The notes beneath the pieces were generated by a model. The model did not search any database. It saw only the letters and a program-made list of their open reading frames with translations, and was not told the origin of the DNA. Positions 8,895-20,700 of a stretch of 64,000 nt of DNA are shown here, piece after piece. Source of the stretch: Eubacterium sp. (lineage in GTDB: Bacteria; Bacillota; Clostridia; Christensenellales; CAG-314). Numbering within the stretch: the first letter of the stretch is position 1; the number at the start of each line of letters is the position of its first letter. The DNA is taken from the NCBI GenBank assembly GCA_963653425.1, contig CAVJWC010000005.1:937-64936 (forward strand), written 5' to 3'. Made by a program: the position numbers and the translations under genes.

Positions 8895-10244
8895 TTAAAC
8901 CAAACCCTGAGCGAGCATAGCGTCTGCAACTTTCTTGAAGCCTGCAAGGTTTGCGCCCATAACGAGGTTATAACCAAGGTGATATTCGTCGAGAACGTCA
9001 ACGATCTGCTTATGAATGTTCTTCATGATGTTCTTAAGCTGATTGTCAACTTCTTCTGCCGTCCAGCTGAGTCTTTCGCTGTTCTGAGACATTTCGAGAC
9101 CGGAAACCGCTACACCGCCTGCGTTAACAGCCTTGGAGGGGCATACGAGAACGCCGTGTTCCTGCATGTAAGCGAGAGCTTCGTTCGTGGTGGGCATGTT
9201 GGAAACTTCGTTAACGAGTTTGATACCCATATCAACGATTGCTTTTGCGTCTTCGATTCTGATTTCGTTCTGCATAGCGCAAGGCATATAGATGTCAGCC
9301 TTAACGTTACCCCAAGGTTTCTTGCCGGCAACGAATTCGCAACCGTACTTGTCTGCGTAATCCTTAACTTTGTTTCTTCCGCTTGCACGCATTTCGAGCA
9401 TGTAATCGATCTTTTCGCCGGAAACGCCGTCTTTGTCGTAAATGTATCCGTCGGGTCCGCTGAGGGTGAGAACCTTACCGCCGAGTTCGGTGATCTTGAG
9501 AGCTGCGCCCCAAGCAACGTTGCCGAAACCGGAGAGACAGAAAGTCTTACCTTTGATGGTGTCGCCCTGATGAGCGAGAACTTCGTTAAGGAAGTAAGTT
9601 GCGCCGAAACCGGTAGCTTCGGGTCTGATAAGGCTGCCGCCGAAAGAACGGCCCTTGCCGGTGAGAACGCCGTTTTCGTAAGCGTTTCTGATACGTTTAT
9701 ACTGTCCGAAGAGGTAACCGATTTCTCTTCCGCCAACACCCATATCGCCTGCCGGTACGTCTACGTCCGGTCCGATGTGACGATAAAGTTCGGTCATGAA
9801 GCTCTGGCAGAATCTCATAACTTCAGCGTCGGACTTTCCGGCGGGATCGAAGTCACTGCCGCCCTTGCCGCCGCCCATGGGAAGGCTGGTAAGGCTGTTC
9901 TTGAAGGTCTGTTCAAAACCGAGGAACTTAATGATGCTGAGGTTTACGTTAGACTGGAAACGAAGGCCTCCCTTGTAGGGTCCGATAGCAGAGTTGAACT
10001 GAACTCTGTAACCGCGGTTAACGTGAGGCTGTCCCTTATCGTCCGTCCAGGGTACTCTGAACATAATCTGACGTTCGGGTTCTACGAGACGCTCGAGAAT
10101 AGCGTTCTTTCTGTAAAGTTCTTCGTTTGCTTCTACTACGGGAGCAAGAGAAGTAAGAACTTCTTTTACGGTCTGCATAAATTCGGGTTGTCCCGGATTC
10201 TTAGCTTCTGTAGCGGCTATAACTTCATTAATGTAGTTAGACAT
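8895..10244 (-). CDS. gdhA: NADP-specific glutamate dehydrogenase
   Basis: Start moved to ATG 10244 (MSNYINEV) behind GGAGGA. Motifs YKGGLRF, PMGGGKGGSDFDP and GFGNVAWGAA. Confidence 0.95.
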   Translation of the reverse strand: MSNYINEVIAATEAKNPGQPEFMQTVKEVLTSLAPVVEANEELYRKNAILERLVEPERQIMFRVPWTDDKGQPHVNRGYRVQFNSAIGPYKGGLRFQSNVNLSIIKFLGFEQTFKNSLTSLPMGGGKGGSDFDPAGKSDAEVMRFCQSFMTELYRHIGPDVDVPAGDMGVGGREIGYLFGQYKRIRNAYENGVLTGKGRSFGGSLIRPEATGFGATYFLNEVLAHQGDTIKGKTFCLSGFGNVAWGAALKITELGGKVLTLSGPDGYIYDKDGVSGEKIDYMLEMRASGRNKVKDYADKYGCEFVAGKKPWGNVKADIYMPCAMQNEIRIEDAKAIVDMGIKLVNEVSNMPTTNEALAYMQEHGVLVCPSKAVNAGGVAVSGLEMSQNSERLSWTAEEVDNQLKNIMKNIHKQIVDVLDEYHLGYNLVMGANLAGFKKVADAMLAQGLV

Positions 10245-10406
10245 GTTTTTCCTCCACATATTCTTGGGATTGTCCTTTCGGCTATCCCGTTTATCACTTG
10301 CAATTATATTGGTTCGTCGGCATAAAGTCAAGTAAAATCCGAACTTTTCGCGTTATTTTTATTGCGTAAATTTATACCAGTAGCGCGTTAACGTCAAGAT
10401 TAAACT

Positions 10407-11018
10407 TTATTTACTCAAATTATCCTTATCCGAATCCTTGTCCGAAGCGTACTCTTCTTCGAGGGGAACGACGGCTTTTTTGACGGGCAGAAAAACGCCG
10501 ATTCCCGCTATTCCGCCTATAAGAGCGGTAACGAGCTGGATTATGCCGTAGTTGATTTTAAGCATAGCCACGCCCTTTTCGGGAATGCCTATAAGCGAGA
10601 TAATCACGCCCGCGAGAAGAAAACTCATATACGCCCATTTAAGCGCGGAACCTGCGATTATTCCGATAATCGTTCTTACGGTAAAGGAATTTATCTTGTT
10701 TCTGAGAAGCTTTTCCAAAAAATAAAGTCCGAGTACGAAAAGAACGTTTGCTATCGCGACGAAGGGCATTAACTGCGGATAGCGCATATGTCCCGTAACG
10801 AAACCCATAACGGGCGTAAGACAGCCTACGATAAGTCCGCTTTTCACACCCACCAGAAGCACGGAAACGCACAGAACGGCGTTAATGAGGCTTGCGCTGA
10901 AAAAGTTTGAGGGGAGAGCGGGTACGGCTCCGCCTATCATATCTCCGAGATACTGAAAAAGAACCACGAGCGCCAGCATTATAGCCGTTCTCGCCACGAA
11001 TTTTGCCGTTTTCGTCAT
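10407..11018 (-). CDS. polytopic membrane protein, possibly an ECF-transporter S component
   Basis: 203 aa with about 5-6 hydrophobic helices and an acidic C-terminal tail. AAGGAG RBS. Size and topology fit the ECF S component type, but no diagnostic motif was seen. Confidence 0.45.
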   Translation of the reverse strand: MTKTAKFVARTAIMLALVVLFQYLGDMIGGAVPALPSNFFSASLINAVLCVSVLLVGVKSGLIVGCLTPVMGFVTGHMRYPQLMPFVAIANVLFVLGLYFLEKLLRNKINSFTVRTIIGIIAGSALKWAYMSFLLAGVIISLIGIPEKGVAMLKINYGIIQLVTALIGGIAGIGVFLPVKKAVVPLEEEYASDKDSDKDNLSK

Positions 11019-11063
11019 TTGTAATTACTCCTTACGGTACGCGATATGCGTTTTTTGTTGCAT

Positions 11064-11272
11064 TTTTCGCTTAAAACCAAAGCTTTCCGCTGTGATTTTG
11101 CTTAAAATCAAAGCTTTTCGCTATGTTTTCGCTTGAAACCAAAGCGTTCAGGCTTCGGAAAGGCGTTCGGGTTTTCCGATTAAATAAATCCGGGCACTGA
11201 AACCGTTAAATGAAATTAAGTACTGAAACCTATTGAATGAATCCGAGTACTGAAACCGTTAAACGAATTTAA
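11064..11272. repeat. two adjacent degenerate tandem repeats
   Basis: ttcgcttaaaaccaaagctttccgc x3, then gtactgaaaccgttaaatgaa-type unit x3. Confidence 0.5.
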
Positions 11273-11500
11273 CTCGCGGAACTCAACGCACGGAAATTAT
11301 TATAACATAAAAAAGCTCGGTGCAAACGAAAATTACGGCAGAATTTTGTATTTTCCGCCGTAAATGATATTACCCTGTTAAAGCACGCGCCCGTAACCGT
11401 AATCCGAAGTCCGATTATCTCCCGTTTTATAAAATCGCGCGTTCCCGTTAAATACCGAACGCCTTATTAAATACGGAATGCCTTTGAATTCGTAGCTTAA

Positions 11501-12865
11501 TCAGATTACGGTATATCCTTCCGTACCTTTTATTACTTTTAAGATATTTTCTTCTTCGAGAGTGGCACAGTTTATATACACGAAATATTCTTCGTTATCG
11601 TTTACACACCTGAATTCGTAGCAGAGTATTTCTGCGTCGTTTTTGGGTATTAAAGCAATTTTCGTCTCTTTTACGGTGAGACTTTCGGACAAACGTTTTA
11701 CGGCTTCCCGTGTTTTGTCTTCGGAAAGAGTCAGATCGCGACGGGTGTGATTAAAGACGTAACTGCTGCCTTCAATTCCGACGACAACTCCCTTTACCGT
11801 GTCGACGGTGACCTTCACGAGGTTGGGGTAGATTATTATTCCGTTCACGGCGGGGCAGAGATTAACGTAAACGTAGCCTTCTATGGATTTACTCACCCAC
11901 ACGGCTTTTACGTCGTAACCCGCTTTACGCGCGAACTCTTCCGCGACCAAGACGCATTCGTCCTTTCCGAGAACTTCGGTAACTTCTTCTCTTTCCGAGT
12001 ATCCGTTCATCTGAACGATATATCCGCCCGTAGAAGTCGCGTTTATTTCGAAGTTTCCTTTATCCGTGGAAACGGAAAAACTATGCGTGAGTGCGGATTT
12101 AGCGAGAAAACTCGTCTTATAAACGACTTCGTTTACCGAGTAGTCCGCTAAAAGTTCCGAGATTTTGTCTTTAAGTCGGCTTACGCTGTAAGTTTCTCCC
12201 GAGAGTTTGCTTTTATCCGTTAAATCTTTTCCGTCGGAAAAAGGTCCGTCGTAGATAAGCCGAGGGTATTCGAAAGTTTCCTGCTTTTCTTCCGAAGAGA
12301 AACTTCCGCTCATTGAAAAACCGTCGCTTTGACCAAACGCCTTCGAAAGCGAAACGCCGTCAAGACTTTCGAGCGTTTTGTTTATATTTCCGCTTAAAAG
12401 ATTCGCGGTCTTTTTCATTTCGGTAATGACAGCCAAGTCTTCCTCGGTTAAATCCTTGCCCGAATTAAGTTTTTTAAGAAGCGACTTGGAGTAATCGGTA
12501 ACCTGATTTATAAACTTCACCGTTCTGCTCACGTCTTCCCTGTAAAAAGGAATAAGCGAAGCGTAACTTTCCGCGGCTTCTCCCTGTAAAGTAAGTTTTA
12601 CGAGAAGTTCGTGACGGATTTCTTTCGAAGAGGAGAGGGCGGTTTTTCCGAGATTGACTTCGATGTTGTTCATAGCGTCCGCAAGCCCGTAAAAACTACT
12701 GCGCATATAGTTTTCGAGCGCGTAGGATTGAGTCTGTGCGGTTTGGTTTTCCTTCGAGCTTTTTATAAAAGCGACGGCTAAAACCGACGATGAAATTATT
12801 CCGACCAAAGCAAAACAAACGGCTGTTATAAGCCAAATTTCCGTGGCTTTACGATTTTCGTTCAT
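11501..12865 (-). CDS. ypeB: germination protein YpeB
   Basis: 454 aa. N-terminal TM anchor and PepSY-like C-terminal domains. Lies immediately downstream of sleB, as in the canonical sleB-ypeB operon. Confidence 0.85.
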   Translation of the reverse strand: MNENRKATEIWLITAVCFALVGIISSSVLAVAFIKSSKENQTAQTQSYALENYMRSSFYGLADAMNNIEVNLGKTALSSSKEIRHELLVKLTLQGEAAESYASLIPFYREDVSRTVKFINQVTDYSKSLLKKLNSGKDLTEEDLAVITEMKKTANLLSGNINKTLESLDGVSLSKAFGQSDGFSMSGSFSSEEKQETFEYPRLIYDGPFSDGKDLTDKSKLSGETYSVSRLKDKISELLADYSVNEVVYKTSFLAKSALTHSFSVSTDKGNFEINATSTGGYIVQMNGYSEREEVTEVLGKDECVLVAEEFARKAGYDVKAVWVSKSIEGYVYVNLCPAVNGIIIYPNLVKVTVDTVKGVVVGIEGSSYVFNHTRRDLTLSEDKTREAVKRLSESLTVKETKIALIPKNDAEILCYEFRCVNDNEEYFVYINCATLEEENILKVIKGTEGYTVI

Positions 12866-12890
12866 GGTAGTCTCCTTTATTCGTCCGTTT

Positions 12891-13565
12891 TCATGTGCAG
12901 AAAACGTGGTTTCCTATGGTTACGACGACGGGACGGCTTCTTATCCATTTGTTGGTAGCCGTTTTGGGGTTATAATAGTACACGCACCCGTAAGTCGGAT
13001 CCCAGCCGTTAAGAGCGTCCTGCGCCGCCCTCAGACATTCGTCGTCCGTTCCGAGATTTATCTGTCCGTCGTCAACTGCGGTAAAGGCTCCCGACTGATA
13101 AATTACGCCCGAAACGGTATTTGGGAAGCTACTGCTTTTGACCCGGTTGAGAATTACCGCGGCAACCGCGACTTTGCCCGTGTAAGGTTCTCCGCGCGCT
13201 TCTCCGTAAACGCATCTGGCAAGAAGATATAGGTCGTTTCCGCTCGCCGAAGCCTGTCCCGAAGAAGAAGTAAGCGTAATGCCCATCGCCGCAGCCGTTT
13301 TCGCGCCTACGATTCCGTCCGCCGTGAGTCCGTTCTTTCTTTGAAAATACCTGACCGCGGTTACGGTTTTGCTTCCGTAAATTCCGTCCGCGTTTCCCGT
13401 GTAATATCCCCAGTTTTTGAGCTTTGTCTGTACCTTTTTAACCAGAGAACCCGAACTGCCCTGTCTTAAAACTTCCGCGTCCGCGCTTTTTAAGGTCGCC
13501 GTAAACGCTACTGCCACGCACAAAAACAGACATAACGCCAAAGCGACTTTCTTTCCTTTTTTCAT
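12891..13565 (-). CDS. sleB: spore cortex-lytic enzyme SleB
   Basis: Signal peptide. Two PG_binding_1 repeats (GSSGSLVKKVQTKLKNWGYYTG..., VRYFQRKNGLTADGIVGAKT). Hydrolase_2 domain (ARCVYGEARGEPYTGKVAVAAVILNRV). Confidence 0.9.
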   Translation of the reverse strand: MKKGKKVALALCLFLCVAVAFTATLKSADAEVLRQGSSGSLVKKVQTKLKNWGYYTGNADGIYGSKTVTAVRYFQRKNGLTADGIVGAKTAAAMGITLTSSSGQASASGNDLYLLARCVYGEARGEPYTGKVAVAAVILNRVKSSSFPNTVSGVIYQSGAFTAVDDGQINLGTDDECLRAAQDALNGWDPTYGCVYYYNPKTATNKWIRSRPVVVTIGNHVFCT

Positions 13566-13918
13566 AACTTTTCACTCCTTTTTGTTTTTAAATTCGTTTC
13601 GTCATTCGGCTTGATTATAAATCGGTTTTACCTTGATTCGGGTTTCGTCATAAACTCGTTTCATTATCCGGCGTCGTTTTATCTGCTCCCGTTTTTCCGT
13701 AAACAGTCTTTTCCGTTATAAGTCAGCCGTTTCCGTTTGAACGAACGGTTTATAGCAGAATGTTTCCCCTTTTTCGCGTTTTGAATACGCCGGTGCGTTT
13801 TTAATATAGTTTTTTCTTACGTTTTTCACCTTATTTTTCCGAATTCTTCTAAAAAAAACAAAAGTCGCTTTATTTCATGAAATGCTGCAAAATATCACTC
13901 TTTTTTCTTTTCAAATCG

Positions 13919-13948
13919 TTGACAAATCTTCCGGATTTGTGCTAATAT
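13919..13948 (+). promoter_or_regulatory. sigma-A type promoter with an embedded palindrome (candidate MarR operator)
   Basis: TTGACA, 18-nt spacer, TAATAT. The spacer contains the inverted repeat caaatc-ttccg-gatttg. Lies about 120 nt upstream of the MarR gene. Confidence 0.5.
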
Positions 13949-14070
13949 ACAATGTGCATAGTATGTTGGCACTTCGCCAAGATATGAGTTTAGATTTTAC
14001 GGCTATGCAGTTTAAGAATGCGCAATGCAAAAACGGCGTTAAAAAATTAAAAAGACGGAGATGAACTAAA

Positions 14071-14595
14071 ATGTTGGACAGACAATTTCACAATCAATTA
14101 GGTAACAAATTCGACCACTTCATGATGAAATTCCGTTATCATGTAATTCACCCCGTTAACCGACTGCTTATTGCCGACGGCGTAAAGCTTTTCTCGCTCA
14201 ACAGCTCGCTCAGAAGGGCTTTGGGTACCATGCTTAAGATAAACAACGGCGAAGGCTGGTGCAGTCTGTGCGACCTTGCCACCTACGCTCACCTCGACCG
14301 TTCTCACACTACGAAAGCCGTTATCGAACTCGAAAGACTTGGATACGCAAAGAGATTTTACAGAAAGAACGATAAACGCGTCTACGTGGAACTCCTTCCC
14401 GACGGAAAACAGTTCGTTACCGAAGGCGACGAAATGTGGGACGAAGTGCAGACCAATTATTTCAGCAGGTGTTTAACCGATGACCAGCTCAAAGAACTGG
14501 ACGAAAGCATAACCAAGGTAATAGACATTCTCGAAAATCTCGATCCCGAAAAATGCGACATTACCTGCGTAGAGAATTTCAGACAGGACAGATAA
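14071..14595 (+). CDS. MarR-family transcriptional regulator
   Basis: Winged-helix segment LDRSHTTKAVIELERLGYAKRFYRKNDKRVYVELLPDGKQFV. The true start may be an internal Met. Confidence 0.8.
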   Translation: MLDRQFHNQLGNKFDHFMMKFRYHVIHPVNRLLIADGVKLFSLNSSLRRALGTMLKINNGEGWCSLCDLATYAHLDRSHTTKAVIELERLGYAKRFYRKNDKRVYVELLPDGKQFVTEGDEMWDEVQTNYFSRCLTDDQLKELDESITKVIDILENLDPEKCDITCVENFRQDR

Positions 14596-14759
14596 ATTTC
14601 AATATAAATTTCATAAAAGACGAGTAAGCTTAAAGGTAAGTTTATAAAAGACGAAGTAAGCTGAAAACGAATTTCCGTAAAAACGGAATAAATCACGAAC
14701 AGCAACGGCAGGACCGTTTACTGTATAAATTTTTTTCACATTTCTTTAAGGAGGAACTC

Positions 14760-17700
14760 ATGAAAAACCAGAAACTGACAATAGTTCTTATGCTGTTGGT
14801 TCTTGCTCTTTTCGTAGGTTGCAGTCTGAACGTTCCCCAGAATGAACAGAACGATACTTCGAAAACGACTCTCAGTGTAAGACGCATCGACAAAGAAAGC
14901 GGATTCAACACCGCGTTCTCCGTTCAGTCCGATGCAAGCGAAAACCTCGTAATTAACGATTACGACAAAGTTTCCGTTATCGTCGAAATCGGCGACGGCC
15001 TGGCAGCTACCTACGTAAAAGGCAGTTATGCAAGCTTTGCTGATTTTTACGCTTCGGAAGAAGGTATGGCTCTCGCTGCAGAAATGAAAGCTACCCGCGA
15101 AAGCGCAATGGCTGAAGTTGCGGCGCTCGGCGCAGACCTTAACGGCGCGTATACTTACACCACTCTTCTTAACGGTTTCAGCGCGGTTATCGAATTCGGC
15201 AAAATCGACGAAATCGAAAAACTTGCCTGCGTTAAATCCGTAGAAATCTCCGAAGAATATTCCGCACCCGAAGTTACCGTATCTTCCGTAAACGAACTCT
15301 TCGGCGGCGACGGTATCTTTGATAACGAAACCCAGTATAAGGGCGAAGGCACTCTCGTTGCCGTTATCGATACCGGTCTCGATTATGACCACGACGCATT
15401 CCAGAAGGAACCCGACGTTCAGGTTATGACTCTTTCCGACCTTGAAAAAGTTTATCAGTACACCAACGCTTATTATCTTACCGAAATGGACGCTTCCGAC
15501 TACTATCTCAGCGGAAAGATCCCCTTCGCCTTCGACTATGCAGACGAAGACTGCAACGTAAAACCCTCCGATTACGCAGGCCGTAACGTTGACGCCGCTC
15601 CTCACGGAACGCACGTTGCAGGTATCATCCTCGGTAACAACGACGAAATTCAGGGCGCAGCTTGCAACGCACAGCTGGCTATGATGAAAGTTTTCTCCGA
15701 CGCCGGCGCAACCAGCAACATCACCATCGTTGCAGCTCTTGAAGACTGCGTAGTTCTCGGTGTTGACATGGCTAACCTTTCTCTCGGCGCAACCTGCGGA
15801 TATTCCGTTGCAAGAGACAGCTCCGCAGAACAGATGAACCGTATTATGGCTTTGGCTGAAGACGCAGGTCTTTCTCTCTTCTGCGCTTCCGGTAACTATA
15901 ATACCGCTCACCACGACACCAGCTACAACAGCCTGGTTCTTAACGAAAACCCCGATAACGGCGTAGTAAGCGCACCCGCTTCCTACAGACCCGCTTTGTC
16001 CGTAGGTTCCGTTAACTCTTCCAGAAAACTCGTCGCTTCCGTTGACAACGGCTCCAAGACCGTTGAACTCATCGACTCCGTCGACGCTAACGGCAGCGCA
16101 TACAGATTCATCGAAATCCTCGGTGAAGAAAGAGAAAAGACTTTCGAATACGTAGTAGTTCCCGGTTACGGCGAAGACGCGGATTACGAAGGCATCGACG
16201 TTACCGGTAAGATCGCTCTCGTTACGAGAGGCGGTATCACTTTCGGTGACAAACAGCTCATTGCAGCGGAGCACGGCGCTGTTGCATGCTTCATTCTTAA
16301 CACTTCTACCGAAGGCGTAAGAGCGCAGATCGCTGATCTTGCTATCCCGACCGTAGTAGTATCCGTTTCCGACGCTGAAGTTCTTAAGAACGCAACCGTC
16401 AAGAACGTTACCATCAACGAAGACAGCGAACTCTTCATCAGAAGTTACTTCTCTTCCATGGGCGCTCTTCCCGACGGAACCATCGGCGTTGACCTTATGG
16501 GCGTAGGCGGAAACGTTTACTCTTCCGTTCTTCACTCCTATGCGGTAGCTCAGGGTCTTGACGACGATTACGCAACCATGAGCGGTACCTCTATGGCATC
16601 GCCTAACGTAACCGGCGTTGCGGCTGCTGTTACCTCTTACTTCAAACAGAACTATCCTTACCTCACCAACGCTCAGATCAGAGATATGCTTTACGCTCTC
16701 CTTATGAGTACCGCTGACGTAGTTAAGGATTCCGACGGTCACGCTCTTTCTCCCAGAATGCAGGGCGCAGGCGTTGCCAACGTTTATAACGCAATCAATT
16801 CTTCCGCTTACCTTAAAGTTGCCAACACTCCGCTCTCCAAGCTCAGCCTCGGCAGCGACGTAGAAAAGGAAGGTATCTATACCCTTCGTTTCAGCGTAGT
16901 TAACTTCGGCGAAGAAGACATCACCTATAACGTAACCGCTGACGCTTATTCCGAAAAGACCTCTCAGGGTTATATCCTCGGTCAGCCTTACGCTTTCGAC
17001 GACGCTTCCTACGTAGTATACGCAGACGGCGAACTCGTTGAAGACAACAACGTAACCGTAAAAGCAGGCACCATGCTTTCTCTTAAGGTTATCGTTACCA
17101 TTACCGACGCAGACAAAGAATATATGGATCGTTACTTCAAGAACGGTATTTACGTTGAAGGTTTCGTATACCTCAAGACCGAAGAAGATTCCGACCTTTC
17201 TATTCCTTACATGGCATTCTACGGCGACTGGTACGGAAGCATGCCTTTGTTTGACGGCGTAACCGGCGGATCTTCTCAGATGAGCACCACCGGCCCCTCC
17301 TACAACGTAACTTACAAGTTCAACGGAAGCGGCGCAGGCCTTATCCTTCCCAAGGATTACACTGCATTCCCGTACACCGTAGCCGACGGATACACCACCC
17401 CCGCCAACAGCGATAAGTTCCTCGGTATCGGCAAAGAATTCGGCGTTGACTCCGTAGTAGTCACCACCCTCAGAAACCTTACCGATTTCGGTCTTTACTT
17501 CACCGACGCCATCACCGGCGAATATCTCCTTTACGGCGAATTCGGTTCCCTTATCAAAGCTTACAACTACTACGGATCTCAGGTAGTTAACGTAAGAGCG
17601 GAATTCTCCGAAGAAGAAGAAAAAGTTAACGCAAACAACTACAATCTTGCAAACAACCAGAGAGTCACCATGATGATGTACGGTACGTTTGAAGACAAGA

Positions 17701-20700
17701 CCACCCAGACTCTTTACTGGAACTTCTTCGTAGACTACGAGAACCCCACGATTCTTAAAGCAGAAAAAGAAGAAAAAGACGGTAAGACTCTCCTTAACCT
17801 CAGCGCATACGACAACGGCACCATGATCGCTCTTAAGCTTTACACCGAAAAGGACGGCAAGGCTATAGACCTTCTTAACGACACCGTTATTCCGCTTTCC
17901 GATACTTCCGTAGCGGGCGCAGACAACAATTACGTAATCGATATTACTCCTTATCTTGCAAATATCGTCGACAACACACTTATCGTTGAAGTCGTTGACT
18001 CTGCAAGAAACACTTCTTCCTACGTTATGGATCTTACCGGCGCTGAAACGACCGACGCCGTTATCGGCAACGTTGAATCTTCCGAAACCGATCAGGTCTA
18101 CTACATTTCTTCCGAAATGTTCGCTCAGGACGAAACTCAGATTTCCGCATACGATCCCGCTAAACCCGAATTCGAAGTTGAAGGCACCGTTCTCGTTGCT
18201 TACAACGGACAGGGCGGCGACGTAGTTATCCCCTCCGATCTCGGTATTACCTCTATCGGTAAGAAAGCTTTCTACGGTAACGAAACTATCACCAGCGTAG
18301 TTATTCCCGAAGGCGTAACCCTCATCGGCGAAGCTTCCTTCAGCCGTTGCTACAACATGACCAAGATCGTTCTTTCTTCCACGGTTGACACTCTTGACGA
18401 CGAAGCCTTCTACGGTTGCGTTAAACTCGGCGACATCAACCTCGAAGACGCTCAGATCACTTCTTACAACAGAATGTCCCTCGGCGGAAACAAAGCTCTT
18501 ACCACTATTACCATCCCGGCAGTAAACGGTATCGTTTCCATGAGCGGTGCGTTCTACGCTTGTATGAACCTCGAAGAAATCATCGTTGACGCTCAGCTCG
18601 GCAGATGTACCAGTGAATTCAACTTCTGTCCCAAACTTAAGAAGATCACCTTCAACGCTCCCGTTGCTCAGCTCGTAAACGCTTGCTTCAACTATCTTGA
18701 CGGTCTCGAAGAACTCAACTTCATGTCCACCGTTACCGAAATCGGCGGTTACACCTACATTAAGTATGCTAACAGATACGTTCTCTACTTCACGGCTTGC
18801 GGACTTAAATCCCTTAAGACCATCAACTTCTACGGCGACGTTAAGAAGATAACCGGTCTTGCGTTCAACACCTGTGAAAATCTTGAAAACGTTACCTTCT
18901 ACGGAAACATCCCCGAAAAGAACCTTTCCGCATTCGGTAACTGCCCGAAACTTTCCGGCGGTTTCACCCTCGGCGAAGGCAACGACAACTACATCAAGGA
19001 CGAATCCGGCGCTATCTATAACCTTGACAAGACCAAGATGTACAACCCCAACTGTTGGGAACCCGACGGAGAATTCGTTCTTCCCGAAACCATCACCAGC
19101 CTCGAAGCAAGAATGTTCGCTGACTCCGAAAAGATGCTCAGCACCAACATGGGTACCGTAACCGTATCCGATGACGGTATAGTCGACTTCGTTGGTATGA
19201 TGCAGACCGGCGATAACAAGCCCACCAGAACCAAGTTCACGAACATCGTCCTTCACGACGGTATCACCGCTATTCCCGACGAATGCTTCTCCAACAACAT
19301 TAACCTGACCTTCGACCTCAGCAACATTACCTCCTTCGGTAAGTACTGTCTGAGAAACACCGGTTTCACCTCTATCGTTCTCGGCGACAACGTAACCAAG
19401 ATCGATTACGCACCCTGGATCGAATGCGCTAAGCTCACCGAACTCTCTATCAGCGAAAAGACCAACGTTACGGGCTTCTATTACTGGTACTCCGGAACGG
19501 GCTTCACCACAATCGAAATCCCCTCTTACATCAACGTAAGCGAAGCTAACTACCTCGTTCAGAACAACTACAACGTAACCGAGATTACCCTTCCCGAAGG
19601 AACGACGACTCTGCCCTATTACTTCGCATACAATTGTCCCAATCTCGTAAGCGTTAAGAATACCGAATCCGTCGAAATCGTACGCGCCGGCGCATTCTCC
19701 GCATGTACTTCTCTGAAGTCCATCGACCTGCCCAACGTTACGACCATCGAAACCGCGTTCAACGGATGTACTTCTCTTGAATATGCAAACTACGGCGACA
19801 AACTTACGTCCCTTGGTGCTCTTGCATTCGAAGGCTGTTCCTCCCTTAAGAAGATTTATTATCCCGCAGGACTCAAGGTTAACGTATTCAACGTATTCAG
19901 CGTCTTCACCGGCGTAGAAGAATTCGTTGTAGACAGCGAAAACACCATGTACGCAAGCGACGATTACGGCGTTCTTTACAACAAGAGAATGAACTACATC
20001 GTTGCATATCCTCTTGCTAACCAGCAGGAAGAATACGTTGCTCCCGATAGCGCAATGTCCATGACGGCAAGCACTTTCGCATACGCTCCTTACCTTAAGA
20101 AGGTTTCTCTTCCCAACGTAAGAGCTATTGCCGACACTGCTTTCAGAGACTCTGCTCTTGAAGAAATCTATGCTCCCAACGCAGGCACCATAGGTTACGG
20201 CGCATTCATGAACACCAACCTTAAAGCTTACGATTTCAGCAACACGTCTTTGATTTACTCCGACGCGTTCAGAAACAGCAAGATTCAGGAAGTCGTTCTT
20301 TACGATTGTCTTGAATACATCAGCTCGACCGTATTCGCTTATTGCAGCGACCTCAGAAGAGTAGTTATCCCCGCAAACGCTCCCGAAATCATCTTCTCCT
20401 CCGTATTCGAAGGCTGTCTCGACATCGAAGAAATCGTTATCGAAGAAGGTTATCAGTACCTCGTTGAAGAAAACGACTTCATCATGAACGTAGACAAGAC
20501 TCAGCTTTACTACAGCTTCAACGATTCCGAAGAAGTAGTAATCCCCGAAGGCGTTATCTACGTAGGAACCAACGCGTTTGCTAACAGCACCAACCTTAAG
20601 TCCGTCGTTCTTCCTTCTACTTTGAAGCAGATCGGCTCTAAGGCATTCTACGGTTGCACGAACCTCGAAAAGGTAACCTTCCTCAGCGAACAGGCTCCCG

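Noticed and set aside
8853-10325. 490-aa plus-strand ORF
   Set aside because: Antisense shadow of gdhA, which has unmistakable glutamate dehydrogenase motifs. No RBS and no recognisable domains.
11019-11500. Possible riboswitch upstream of the putative ECF S-component gene
   Set aside because: The region is dominated by private tandem repeats, and I could not recognise any conserved riboswitch core.
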